A stretch of 64,000 nucleotides of DNA. Source: Nemertoderma westbladi (taxonomy: Eukaryota > Animalia > Xenacoelomorpha). How positions within the stretch are numbered: the stretch's first letter is position 1; the number at the start of each line of letters is the position of its first letter. This document shows positions 1 to 11,325 of the stretch, one piece after another. The DNA lies in contig JAUCBJ010004254.1 in assembly GCA_032718475.1 (NCBI GenBank), forward strand, positions 1-64,000, in the 5' to 3' direction. Both the position numbers and the translations under genes were made by a program. A model generated the notes under the pieces. The model made no database searches. It was not told the origin of the DNA and saw only the letters and a program-made list of their open reading frames with translations.

Positions 1-1300
1 CAGCTTCGGCCGCCTTTGCCTCTGCCGCTGCCGCTTTTGCCTCGGCCGCTGCCTCTGCCGCTGCCGCTTTTCTTTCAGCTTCGGCTACTTTCCTTTCCGC
101 TTCGGCAGCTGCTACTGCTGCTTTCTTTCTGTCTTCTATACGTTTTTTCTTGACTTGTTCTTCTTGGACTCGTGTGATGCGGAGTTGTTCATCAAATTTA
201 GCCTGGTTCGCAGCCCTCATTTCCACATCGATGGCATCCAACACAAGCTTGGTTCCTTCACTATTAGGGCTAAGTCCCTCTAACCTTCTCCTCAACTCGT
301 CATCACCTAAAAAACGTTGATAGTCTGACAGATAGATGTCAATGGCATCCCTCTTATGCGGTTTCTCTGCCGTCGCTTCACTTTCCACTTGGGAAAAGGT
401 AGCGTCTGTTGATTCTCCATGGGTTGATCGCTCCTCCAGCTGAGCTTTCCACTGAGCTGTTCCTTGAACCTGGAGACTCACCCGTTGAAACCAAGTCTTT
501 ACGGCAACTTGCAACGACGTGTCTTGTCTTCGTTTAGAAGCCTCCTCAAAGGCTGATAAGATTAGCCTGATCCGCAGAACTCTTTCTCTAACTTGATAAA
601 GCAGCTGTCCCTGCTCTTGAGGTCCTTGAGGTTGTTGAAACAGTTGTCTTTCTACTCGCTCCATAGAGCTGAAGAATCCCTGTGCGTATCCGGCTGCGGA
701 CCTCTTCCATACAGCTGGATTGATGGTTTCCTTGGCTACTCCCATCCGGTGTATGTCTTCCCAGGCAGCTTCTGATAAATCGAACGGGAGTCCGGGTCCG
801 GGGAAGTTCCATTGCGACTCGACAATAGACTTCAGTTCTTCACTCGTGTATCCCGCGTAACTATCTCTAGTTGACCGTTGACTTCTCGCCCAATCGATCT
901 GGTGTTCTTCCACCGCGGTCAATAACGCAGCGAGCACGGCTGCAGGAAGGATGAGAAGGGGATCTGTATAAACCGCATCCGTCATCTCTGCTCCGCGCTC
1001 GGGTGTCAGCTCTACAGTATCCTCACTACTGGAGCTGCTGGGCCGCTGAGGAATAAGTTCTTGACTAGCGGGTTGTTGCTGTTCCGCTGCTTGTTGGTCC
1101 CGCTTGACCTGAGCTCGGGTGCCTATGATAGACCTACGATGTTGGACTAGCCTAGGTTCTGTTATTACTACTGGAGGGATGACCTTCCTCACAGTGGGAG
1201 GTGAACTGAACTTACGACCAGACGGTTGTACGTCTCGATCTGAGTTGCAGATAGTTACATCTAATAAACTGTCTGACAGGTTCTGCTTAGTATCAGACAT
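1..1300 (-). CDS. gag: BEL/Pao Gag N-terminal region (open frame running off the window)
   Basis: ATG at 1300 (MSDTKQNLSDSLLD...). It stays in frame across the point where copy 2 is frameshifted (QGPQEQGQLLYQVRER) and ends in Ala/Glu/Lys repeats (AEAAAEAKAAAAEAK). Confidence 0.8.
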   Translation of the reverse strand, partial: MSDTKQNLSDSLLDVTICNSDRDVQPSGRKFSSPPTVRKVIPPVVITEPRLVQHRRSIIGTRAQVKRDQQAAEQQQPASQELIPQRPSSSSSEDTVELTPERGAEMTDAVYTDPLLILPAAVLAALLTAVEEHQIDWARSQRSTRDSYAGYTSEELKSIVESQWNFPGPGLPFDLSEAAWEDIHRMGVAKETINPAVWKRSAAGYAQGFFSSMERVERQLFQQPQGPQEQGQLLYQVRERVLRIRLILSAFEEASKRRQDTSLQVAVKTWFQRVSLQVQGTAQWKAQLEERSTHGESTDATFSQVESEATAEKPHKRDAIDIYLSDYQRFLGDDELRRRLEGLSPNSEGTKLVLDAIDVEMRAANQAKFDEQLRITRVQEEQVKKKRIEDRKKAAVAAAEAERKVAEAERKAAAAEAAAEAKAAAAEAKAAEA

Positions 1301-2625
1301 GACTAGGTATGTACAGTTGAATGCCTACTGCTATATTACAGTCTAAGCAAGTCTAGTAACTCAGTATTAACTGCTAGCCTAGTAATTAATTACCGTTACT
1401 GCTACTCAGTGTAGCGTGATATATATATAATATATTAGAATACCGGTATACTTATAGTATATATAACTATATAAGTATTATTACAGACTAGGTTTATCAC
1501 AGAATACTGGTATAATTTTAGCACAAATATATATAAATATATAATAGGCCTATCGGGAATACCGGTATACAGTTTACAGTTTGTAGTATATATAATTCTG
1601 GACTAGAATTAATTATAAGTACCGGTATAATTTCAGCCTAGATTTATAGAAATAAAGATAATAGGCCTATCGTAAATACCGGTATATCAATTATTTCAAA
1701 TAATTGAATTTCTGTTACTTTAGGGTTACTTTGTTACTTTACTTACTTTTATTACCGTTATTTGAGCAGTAGTCCAACTGATATGGAGACCTAATTGTTA
1801 TATGGTAGGCCTACTATTTATAAATCGTTAGATTTGATTTATAATATATATATACCCGTTTTAATGGGTTTTGTCAATGTTGAAATAAATGTTATTATTT
1901 CTGGGGAGTAATCACTACACAAAGCGGTGCGCTTTCAGTGAAGTGTTACTTATAGGACACTAAAACAAATAATGCTAATTTACCTAAGTTACTTAATACT
2001 ACAAATTACGTACAATTCGGGTGAGATTACAATCTCTAAATAAACACAAATTTACAAAAACACAAATACGAATTTCTAGGGTAATTTTACAAGAAGTCTA
2101 CAAACCAGCCTAACAAAGGGTTAGAAAACCGGTTATTACAACGGACAGGGTACTACGGTATTTGAAATAATAAGTAGTAGTAAATACACTGCGTTGTCCA
2201 GATAGGAAAATACCACCGCCTGACGACCTATAGCCGTATCGCTATAGGTTCTACGTTATGTATCACGGAGTGTTCCTACCTAGAAGTTAATAGAGCTAAT
2301 CGAATGTGCCTATCAACCACTTTACAACACAGATATAATGTCTACAATAATTACTTCGGAAAGTACTGTACACTAAACCCTAAATTAGGTACGAGTACTT
2401 GTACAACAGATAATCAGTAGTTAAATATACTTGAACAGCTAAAAGAACCACGGCATCTGCTGGAGTGACCGATGCACAAAATCACCAGTCTTTACCTACG
2501 CCGAGCAGCCCGTGTAGTACCGGGGTTAATTTAACTATAGCGGTATGTATAACAAACACAATTACTGTAGGAACAAACTTGGGGAATGAATGTTGCGGAT
2601 AATCGCATAAACTCTGAATAATAAA

Positions 2626-3190
2626 TATTACGCTACGCGTACAAACTACTCAAACAAAATACAGACCGAACACTGACAGACTACTATCAAGCCTAAACAA
2701 ACTACGGTATATGCAGACTCCGAAATGATTAGGGAGTATGCGCTCTAACCCAGTAGTGCGACTTATTCTTTAGTTGGGGGTTTACCTTACAGCGTTCGCT
2801 GCCCCTACTGCCTAACCGTACTTAATCGGACAGATGATCTACACACGCGGCAATCCGCTCAGACCTAATAACAGCCAGACAACTATCCAGCCTACAAATT
2901 ATCTAAATAAAATTATACGCTACCCGTACAGACTTACACAAACAAAGTACAGACTAAACGATGGCAGACTACTCTCAAGCCTAAATAAACTACAGGACAT
3001 GCAGACTCCGAAATGATTAGGGAGTATGCGCTCTAACCCAGTAGTGCGACTTATTCTTTAGTTGGGGGTTTACCTTACAGCGTTCGCTGCCCCTACTTCC
3101 TAATCGTACTTAATCGGACAAGTGATCTACACACACTGCAATCCGTTCGGACTTAACAGCAATCAGACAACAGCTCAGCCTACAAATTGT
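2626..3190 (-). repeat. Tandem duplication (~285-bp unit x2) in the BEL leader
   Basis: The block gactccgaaatgattagggagtatgcgctctaacccagtagtgcgac occurs at ~2715 and ~3004; a homologous duplication lies at 36480-37040. Confidence 0.85.
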
Positions 3191-3523
3191 CTGTACAATC
3201 TGATCAGGCTTACACGCCTTCTGTTCAATACTGGCCTACAAACAAATAAAACTTGACAGAAATAAGTAAAATCTCAATAAAAAACCAGGGCGGCCGTTCC
3301 CTGATTAAATACTAAGACCTACCGGTATACAACAATCAAATCGAATAATACTAATGTACTTATACGGGAAGTACCGGTTAGGACAGTTAGGCCTACGGAC
3401 CTACAGAAGTACCGGTTCTAGCGGTTGGGCCTACTGACCTACAGATGTACCGATTCAGGTTTACCGGTTGACCAGTACTTTCAACTTTATTGCTTACTGC
3501 AACAAAGAAGCTATATCCTTTAA

Positions 3524-4706
3524 TGTTCGCGCTTTCAGACCTTTGGCAGTTTAACCCGCCAAATTAGGATGTCTTCTAGATATTAAATCGCTTTTTAGCC
3601 TATGACAAATATTTGATTCACTACACTAGTCGAAACCAATCTGTGCGCGATCATTCACCCGCTGGATATTCCCGGGAGATTGGGTTCAACGGTTTAATTT
3701 TATTGCTATGTAAGCCTAATGTATTATTCGACTGACAGTATTATATAATCTCTGACAATATTATTCACCTTCGGGGAATATTAACAGTTCCTTTAGGACG
3801 TGGCGCTTTATCTATATAAACAGAGTTATGACTTAAACTACTCACAACGATATGGCTTAATTATAATTCACATATATGGCGCATTCTTTAGGAATTGCTT
3901 CTTTAACAGACTCACTCATACACAATGCTGCACAATACTGCACACTAATCTGCCAATCTTCACTGATTTTAGTCACATATAAAAGGAACACAGACTGACT
4001 CATGTAGGGTCTACCAAATAACATTAGATTCACTTCAAACCACTTTAACATAAGTCACAATCGTTATTGGTAACCTTTCTCTCTTACCTTCGGTATATCA
4101 AGAATATTGGGTGTCGGGGGTTATTTCTCGTTATTCCAATATAATAATTCATCAACAAATATAATGAATAACCGACAACAAATAGCAGTATGCAGTATTC
4201 ACAGATCAATCGTGCCAGTTTGTTTTGAGTTAAGACAATCAGTCAGTCATCAGTTAAAGGATATATGTCCTTATGATTAAACCTACTAGTGTTGAGCTAA
4301 AAAGCAGAAAGCACAAAACACTAAAAAGCCGTTCTTTCGTGGCTTTGAAAAACTCGTGACTACTGCTCTATACGAGTATACCAACCACTCTTATTCCACG
4401 AAGCTCCCGTTCAACACAGAGAAAGAGCAGTGAGATAGGAAATTTTCAGTTCAGTACTCTGTGATAGGTCAAAATCAAGGCTAACTCAAATTCTATTGGG
4501 AGATACAAAAACAAGGCTATGACGCAACCTCCCTAGGCTTGTTGGCCGATTAAACAGAGCCCAGATGCCTGCGTACAGCAAATCAGCCAATAAGCTGGTA
4601 ACTTGCACTATTTTTAACTGTAGATCACTTTGAGAGTATTCTTAGCGACTGGGGGGGAACTGGCCAACAAGGCAAACGAATCAGTTATCCCACAAAAGCT
4701 TTTACA
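3524..4706 (-). repeat. 5' LTR of BEL/Pao copy 1 (1183 bp)
   Basis: Same termini (TGTTCGCGCTTTCAGACC ... AAAAGCTTTTACA) as the LTRs at 26002-27160 and 37382-38539. Confidence 0.88.
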
Positions 4707-5458
4707 AATGCAGAAGTAGTAGAAATCCGGCAACTACAGTCACAGACACAGACTTTGCGGATGACATCGCCCTGCTCTCTAATACGCTAGCAGATGCACA
4801 GCTTCTACTAAATAAAGTGGAGAGGGCTGCTAAGGAGGTTGGATTGCATATAAATGCTACAAACACCGAATTTATGACCTTTAATGTTGATGGAAACTTG
4901 ACAACCATTGATAATAATCAACTAAGGAAGGTCGATGACTTCCAGTACCTTGGATCATGGATAGAGAGTAGCAAAAAGGACATAGAAGTTAGGAAAGCAA
5001 AGGCTTGGGTAGCTCTATCAAAAATTGATACCATCTGGAAATCAGATCTCTCCAGGCACCTGAAGACTAAGTTCTTTCGAGCCACAGTGGAAAGTGTATT
5101 TTTATATGGGGGTGAGACCTGGACACTGACTAAATCACTTGAACAACAATTGATGGTTGCTACACAATACTACTAAGGGCAGCCCTAAACATCAGCTGGA
5201 GACAACACATGACAAACGCCGAGCTTTATGGTACAATACCACCTGTATCAACCATCCTCAGGTCATACCAGATCTACTTCTCTGGCAACCAACTCATGGA
5301 AAGCGTAGTCGTGGACGACCGGCCATAACATATATAGATCAACTTGAAAGGGATACTGAACTTGGGAGAAACGAAATTGCGACAACTATGGAGAATTGGG
5401 AAGCCTGTAAGGATCTCATTTCCACTGTCCGAGTTCGCTCGACCTAGTAGTAGTAGTA
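4707..5458 (+). mobile_element. RTE-clade LINE 3' fragment with (TAG)n tail
   Basis: DTDFADDIALL, FQYLGSWI and GKRSRGRP motifs; near-identical to 49975-50774; ends TAGTAGTAGTAGTA; has a small internal deletion near 5260. Confidence 0.9.
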
Positions 5459-5589
5459 CATTGGAGCTGAATATTGAGATGATATGTTGGCTTAATGAAA
5501 CATTTGTGCCACTACCATGCGAGCCACAATTTGCATACTGCAATGCCGCTTGAATTAAGAATGTTGTGCCGGCTTGTTGACATAATTGC

Positions 5590-5904
5590 GCGGCCATAAC
5601 TCCCTCACTAATAACTTTGCGAGATCAACCGCATCTTCAAGGCCAGTGTCCTTTAAGAGGCATATCAAGAAGTCATGGACTTTCCACCATGCTTATTCAC
5701 TCCATGAGGCCGCCAAAGCACAATATTATGCACTACTTGGTCTTCAAGGCTAAAGCAATGTCCTGCTAAGCGGAGGCGGTTCCGTTCAAGTGACAAGCTA
5801 GGGGAGACTAATGAGACACCTCCAATGTTATATAGTGTCTGGTTAGAGATGTGTACTTGACACCGTGAACCCGATGTAGCATTCTTGTGAATGTGCCATC
5901 CATA
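5590..5904 (-). mobile_element. Old RTE-clade LINE fragment, 3' part (5' part at 14757-14900)
   Basis: Encodes MDGTFTRML...RLRLAGHC...VLWRP...LLKDTG; the reading continues across the TA-flanked insertion from PIL.YGS...EDTKY at 14757-14830. Confidence 0.75.
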
Positions 5905-6278
5905 CACCATGACCTGGAATATAGTATCATTATTCAGGTACATGCCCCCCCCCCAAACTTTTCTACAAATCTTAATGAGATTGCATGAAATTTGAAACAG
6001 AGATAGTTTTACCTCCCTCCTTCTCCGTGGGTGAGCCAGAATTATTATTTTTGCTTTCAATCTTTAGCTACAAGTGTTTGAAAAATGTGTCTCCGACGAT
6101 ATTTCACAGGACACAGTGCAATCATTCTTCAACCTTATGGTGACCAATAGAAAGCTGCTCATGCAAGGATTCCAAATATGAAAAAATATTTGAATTTGGT
6201 TGGGAAACACCTGAGATATGGGCATTCGAATATTGCATGTATTTGCTTCCCCTGCAGGCCACTTATTCTATACATATA

Positions 6279-9033
6279 CACTAGAACAGCCAAGCTGAGT
6301 CAATTGACTCATTTGCATGTTTGAACCTCTCTCAACAAAAAAGTTTTGAACGTATCGATTTGAAATTTTTAGAGTTTTAATATTTAGATAGGTATCTAAA
6401 TACAAAATTTCAGCAAAAAAGGTGGTGCCCATCAGAAGATACGGATGAGTATACCTAGAACAGCCAAGCTGAGTCAATTGACTCATTTTGATATAAATGC
6501 GTTTTGATGAGAGTTTTTCAATAATTGAATCGTATAAAGATCGTACATTGTTTGTTATAGTTTCAAAACCTTCGACACATCTTAGACATATCATGAAACA
6601 TCAACATTATGATGCTGCATCAGGTAAATGATGCAGCGTCAAAGAATGAGATGAGATTATATAGATACCAAAATGAAGATTGGTGAAAAATCGAGAGAAA
6701 TATAGAACAAGATTATCATTTACAATATATAATAACTTTATATCATGATACGAAATGAAACATAATCACGCGAAATAATACATTGATGAATACTGATAAG
6801 CAAGATGTAAATGTTACGTAATATCAAAAACACTTATATCCACTAAATCATTCACACTTTTTACAAATCTTTGATAAACACTTTCGGCACACGAATAGAC
6901 CACATTTCAAACATGTTTCACTACTACGATTTCGCTTACAGTCCGATTGAATTTGACAGTTTTTTCGCTTGCGAGCAGATCCAGTTGCAGCTGTATTCAA
7001 ACGAGATTTCTCAGTCTTACGTTTTTCAATGGATATTTTTGTCAGTTCCCGAACTAATTCCAGAATGAAATTTCGACGACATACTTTTCTGCCTGTAACT
7101 TTTTTGTATATTATCAAGGCATTTATTGCAGCGAGATCCAAAATGTTACAAAAAACAGCGAAGGGCCATCTACGGCATCCAGGCTTTGTTGACATCTGCC
7201 TACACATTGAGTCAAGCATATCCACGCCACACTTATTCTTATTATAATATAGTATCGACTCCGGTTTATTTTTCGTCCCCTCGCAAAATGTCCCTTGATG
7301 CTGCATCGATAACATATTTACCATCTTATCTTTTTTCGCCTGATACCGCACAAGACTTATCGAACCATTTTTGAAAAAAGTAGCCTCGTGTTGTTGCATT
7401 TTTTTTACTGTAGGTACTTCCCGTCTGTTTCCACGAACCGTACCTACTATCGAAGTCCGTTTCTCTATGAGTTTGAGTGCGAGGTCACGCGAAGTGAAAT
7501 AGTTATCGGTAGTGACATTATAACCAAATCCAAAGTATGGCTTCATCAGTGTCATCACAACATGAGTTCCTAGCTGTTCAGTTCTCGTTTCATCTCGGCC
7601 AAGATACGGACGAATGTTCAGACAGTACTTTGAGTCTAATTCCGCCAATATCCAGAATTTTATCCCAAACTTATCAGGCTTATTTGGCATGTATTGAGTG
7701 AACCTGCAGCGCGCTTTAGTCGGAAACAGCTGCTCATCAATAGTGAGGGATTCATCTGGAAGATAAGTCTTTTGACTGTTTTCCACAAATCGATCCAACA
7801 TTTCGGAAGCAAGAGCAAATTTATCATCCTCTAAACGTATAGGTCTTGTAGATTTTCGATCAAACCGAAGAAATTTTTTTATTTCTCTAAAACGATTACG
7901 CGACATGGCATCTTTGAATATCTGAGAGCCCAGTTCATTTGACCAAAGTAAATCCAACGGAAAATTTCGCTGATTTGATAAGCCTCTCATGTATAATAAT
8001 CCAATAAAAGCATCAAGTTCATCTTCGGATACATTCCAGTCAACATTGAAAGTTTTTGCATATTCCTAGGTGCATTGAACTATATTGCGTAGTAATCCTT
8101 CATTGATCAAGAGTCGCCAGGCATCAATAGGCGTTTCTACATTTCTGCAGTAGGCAGTCACTCTTGATGCTCTTTTCAGCACATTTTGTTTTTGGAACTT
8201 TCCCGTCGATCCTGCTCTTAGTATTGTCCATTCTGTACCGTCACGACTTCTAATTTTTTGATATTCATTTGGGACAGCTTCATCTGATGAATCATTTTCT
8301 GATGAGTCGTTATCACTTGAATCGGACTCCAACTGCATCTCAGCATCAGCATCATCATCAACTTCACCATCACTTGCATCACTACCACTGTCCATATCAT
8401 CTAAATCTATTAGTTCTTGTAGCCTTCTCAAAGCTTGAGAAGAATTCATCCGTCGTCTTAGAAATGCCATGTTGACATGCAAGATTTCACAGATACTGAA
8501 ATAGCTACTGTATATTGCATTTAAAAAATAACTGTAGGCCTACAGTACCTACATATATTACAGTAGTAGAATTTATTTCAGTCCTAAATTCAGACATGAA
8601 AACCCTAAAACAGTGGGATATAGAATACTGCAACATCTTATATTGCTTCCTGTAATTAGTTATTTCCTAGGTATATTGAATATCAGAACCAATTTGAATT
8701 TCCCTCATCGTTTTATACATTTCTAAATTGATAATCCAATTAAATTTGTCCAAAAATAGAGGGAAACTTTAAACGCGATTATCTCAGAATCAGGTTTTGC
8801 GACATAAGGTCCCTTTTCTCGTGGCCAGCCACATCTTCATCATTGTGATGAGTCATCACATCAGTTAATATATACATATATCATAATGATTGCATAATAC
8901 ATGTGAACTATATTAAAGACATTTCAAGATGTAATTTTGGGTTTAAATACCAAAAAATAGCCTCAAAACTAAAATGAGTCAATTGACTCACTTTGGCTGT
9001 TCTAGGTATATAAAAATGCCGGCTGTTCTAGTG
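6279..9033 (-). mobile_element. piggyBac DNA transposon, full length
   Basis: 13-bp TIR CACTAGAACAGCC at both ends; TTAA on the right (TATA on the left); subterminal repeats with palindrome TGAGTCAATTGACTCA at ~6296, ~6469 and ~8975. Confidence 0.92.
6848..8470 (-). pseudogene. piggyBac (PGBD-like, DDE_Tnp_1_7) transposase with one in-frame stop at 8066-8068
   Basis: Acidic N-terminus, TIDEQL, YMPNKPDKFGIKFW, TTDNYFTS, GTVRGNR, YNKNKCGVDMLD, RRWP and a C-terminal Cys-rich domain. ORFs 8066-8482 and 6848-7990 share one frame. Confidence 0.92.
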
Positions 9034-11039
9034 TTAATTAATGTACCATATTCTAGAACATTTTGTTTATTCCATACGTAGAGGAGCAACGCAATAATGC
9101 AATACTTCTTTAATTATACTATTACGTAGCTATTCATAAATGATTGATTTAATTATATTATTATATTCCTATTTATTTAAAATTTATTTATTTATTTAAA
9201 ATAGCTAGCCACAACTATATTTTGCAGTAATGAATGGTTTTAAACCCAACCAGAAAGATCTAGATCTTGGTATTCCATTCCATTCTCCAAATCGTGGCGA
9301 TGTTGCCAGTGCACCACGCGGGGAGGCTGTAATAATAGGATATGTAGTTGCATCAAAGCCAAGAAGTCATGCAACCACTGCATTCTATGCAAAATTTTGG
9401 GCAAAAACCCAAAGAATTTGGGAACTGGTCAGATACACGAAACCGGTTCGGCTTTGGGGGTTGCAAAAGGTAACAATACAAACTCTCTGATTTTAGATGG
9501 TGATCTAGACCGTACACTTGTACCAGACGGCACTAACTATACGACAGATGCGGATTTGTCAATGGATACTTCGCTTCTTGATCGTTCACATGTGTCAGAT
9601 TAAACAGTTGATACTGACTTGTCACTGGATCTTACACTGATGCCCAGTCCAAGGGAAAATGAGGCACTTCCCCCTATCACTGGACCATCATTCTCCGAGC
9701 AGAATTTGCCTTTCTCTCCTGAGGAAAATCTCGAGTCAGCATTCGGCGGCGTTTGGGTAAATGCTACTGGCACCTCTACTGACCCTTTCTGGGCAGATTG
9801 CTACGAGCGTCTAACAAGGATTCCGAGTCGGCGGTACATTGTTCCAGAGGCAATGTTGGCCAGAAGGCTGCTGGTTTGTTCTCAGATAAGATCAGTTTGC
9901 TGAATAGAGGAATCCACCCATCGGAACATTTTCTTTGTTTTGCTGCCTCCATGTTTCAGCGAGATCCTGGGGTTTTCAAGGGGCCTGACATTCGGCGAAC
10001 TGTGCTGCGCCGCTTCGTAATGTGGGAGTGCGGTGAATACGAACAGCTGATTCGGGAGGCAGAGTGATGCAACTCTAACTGCACATCTTCGAAGGGACGC
10101 TCTAAGAAATCCACCACAGGTAATACCACCCGCATTTTCAACCGGAAGGTACTGGCGAGACAGAACCGGGCCGCACTCCGAGGGGTTACTGATAGGGATG
10201 GAGGAGGGGTCCTAGACCCCAACTCTCAGGCTGAGGGCTACTCCGATGGTGCGTAAGTTCGCCAGGTCCTGAATCAAAGCATCCTAACCCAACCTCACCT
10301 CCCCGAGATATCTTTATTACTCCAGAGGATGGACTCCCACCCTTTGAGGAAGTTGACATCACTGCTCAGGTCGTCCTCTCAAAGTTGCTCAGTCTCTTCA
10401 GGGTAGCGCCGGACCAGTGGGTGGTAATGTGGAGTTCTGGCATGCTTTGCTAACCCGCTACGATACCCACAGTAGTCGGCTTCAGGAGGCCTTCGTGGCC
10501 CTTGGTTGTCTTTTGGCGAATTCTGTAGTACCCTGGGGGGAGATTTGGGCCCTCCAAGCTTGTCGCCTCGTCGCTCTTGACAAGTACATGGGGTGCGACC
10601 CATAGGGATTGAGGAGGTCCCATATAGACATCTTGCTAACTGCATGGTGTCGGCCACCAAGTCCGATATAAGTCAGACGTGTGGAGTGGATCAGCTATGT
10701 ACAGTACTGGTATTAAGGTGGGAATAGAGGGGGCAGTACACTCGATGACAGAGCTATTCGACAATGAGGAGTCAGACTGTATATTGCTTGTTGATGCAAA
10801 AAATGCCTTCAACTCCATCAGCCGTTCAGCTTCATTGTGGAACTGCCGAGTGAACTGGCACAGGTGCTCCCGGTTCATGATCAACGCCTATAACGGCCAT
10901 GCAGCCCTCTATATCCATGGTTACAACCGACCCATATGGAGCAAAGAGGGCTACATCCAGGGTGATCCACTGGCAATGGGTGGATACAGGTGCACCACTC
11001 TACCACTGATTTGGGCCCTTCGTATTATGCCAGGCGATT

Positions 11040-11325
11040 CGACATTAGTTTCTGAAATGATTACTTCTACTCCGACATCTGTGACAATGCCGACGTCTTC
11101 CATTACATATCTAACTTCTACCCCAGCTCCACCAACTGCAACGACGCCGACTTCTACTCCAGCTCTGACATCTGTGATGCCGCAGACTTCTACTCCGGCT
11201 CTGACATCCATGACAACTTCTACTCTGGCTCTGAAAACCGAAACGACACTGACTTCTACTCTCGCTCCGACAACCGCAACAACGCTGACTTCTACACCAT
11301 CTCTGATATCTGCGCCGATGCCAAA
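11040..11325 (+). repeat. Coding minisatellite (21-36-bp units starting ACTTCTAC) giving a Thr/Ser/Pro-rich insert in the RT
   Basis: About 8 units with lengths in multiples of 3, in frame between QGDPLA and WYAD. Confidence 0.85.

Larger units (their letters stand above)
1..4706 (-). mobile_element. BEL/Pao LTR retrotransposon copy 1 (5' LTR, long leader, start of gag; continues off the left edge of the window)
   Basis: Collinear, diverged homologue of 33700-38539, whose downstream ORFs carry BEL/Pao hallmarks. The LTR ends TG...CA at 3524/4706. It is inserted into an RTE LINE whose 3' part resumes at 4707. Confidence 0.88.

Noticed and set aside
4247-4253. CTGATGA directly after the putative self-primer in copy 1 (possible hammerhead releasing the primer)
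   Set aside because: There is no GAAA box or stems downstream, and it is not conserved in copy 2.
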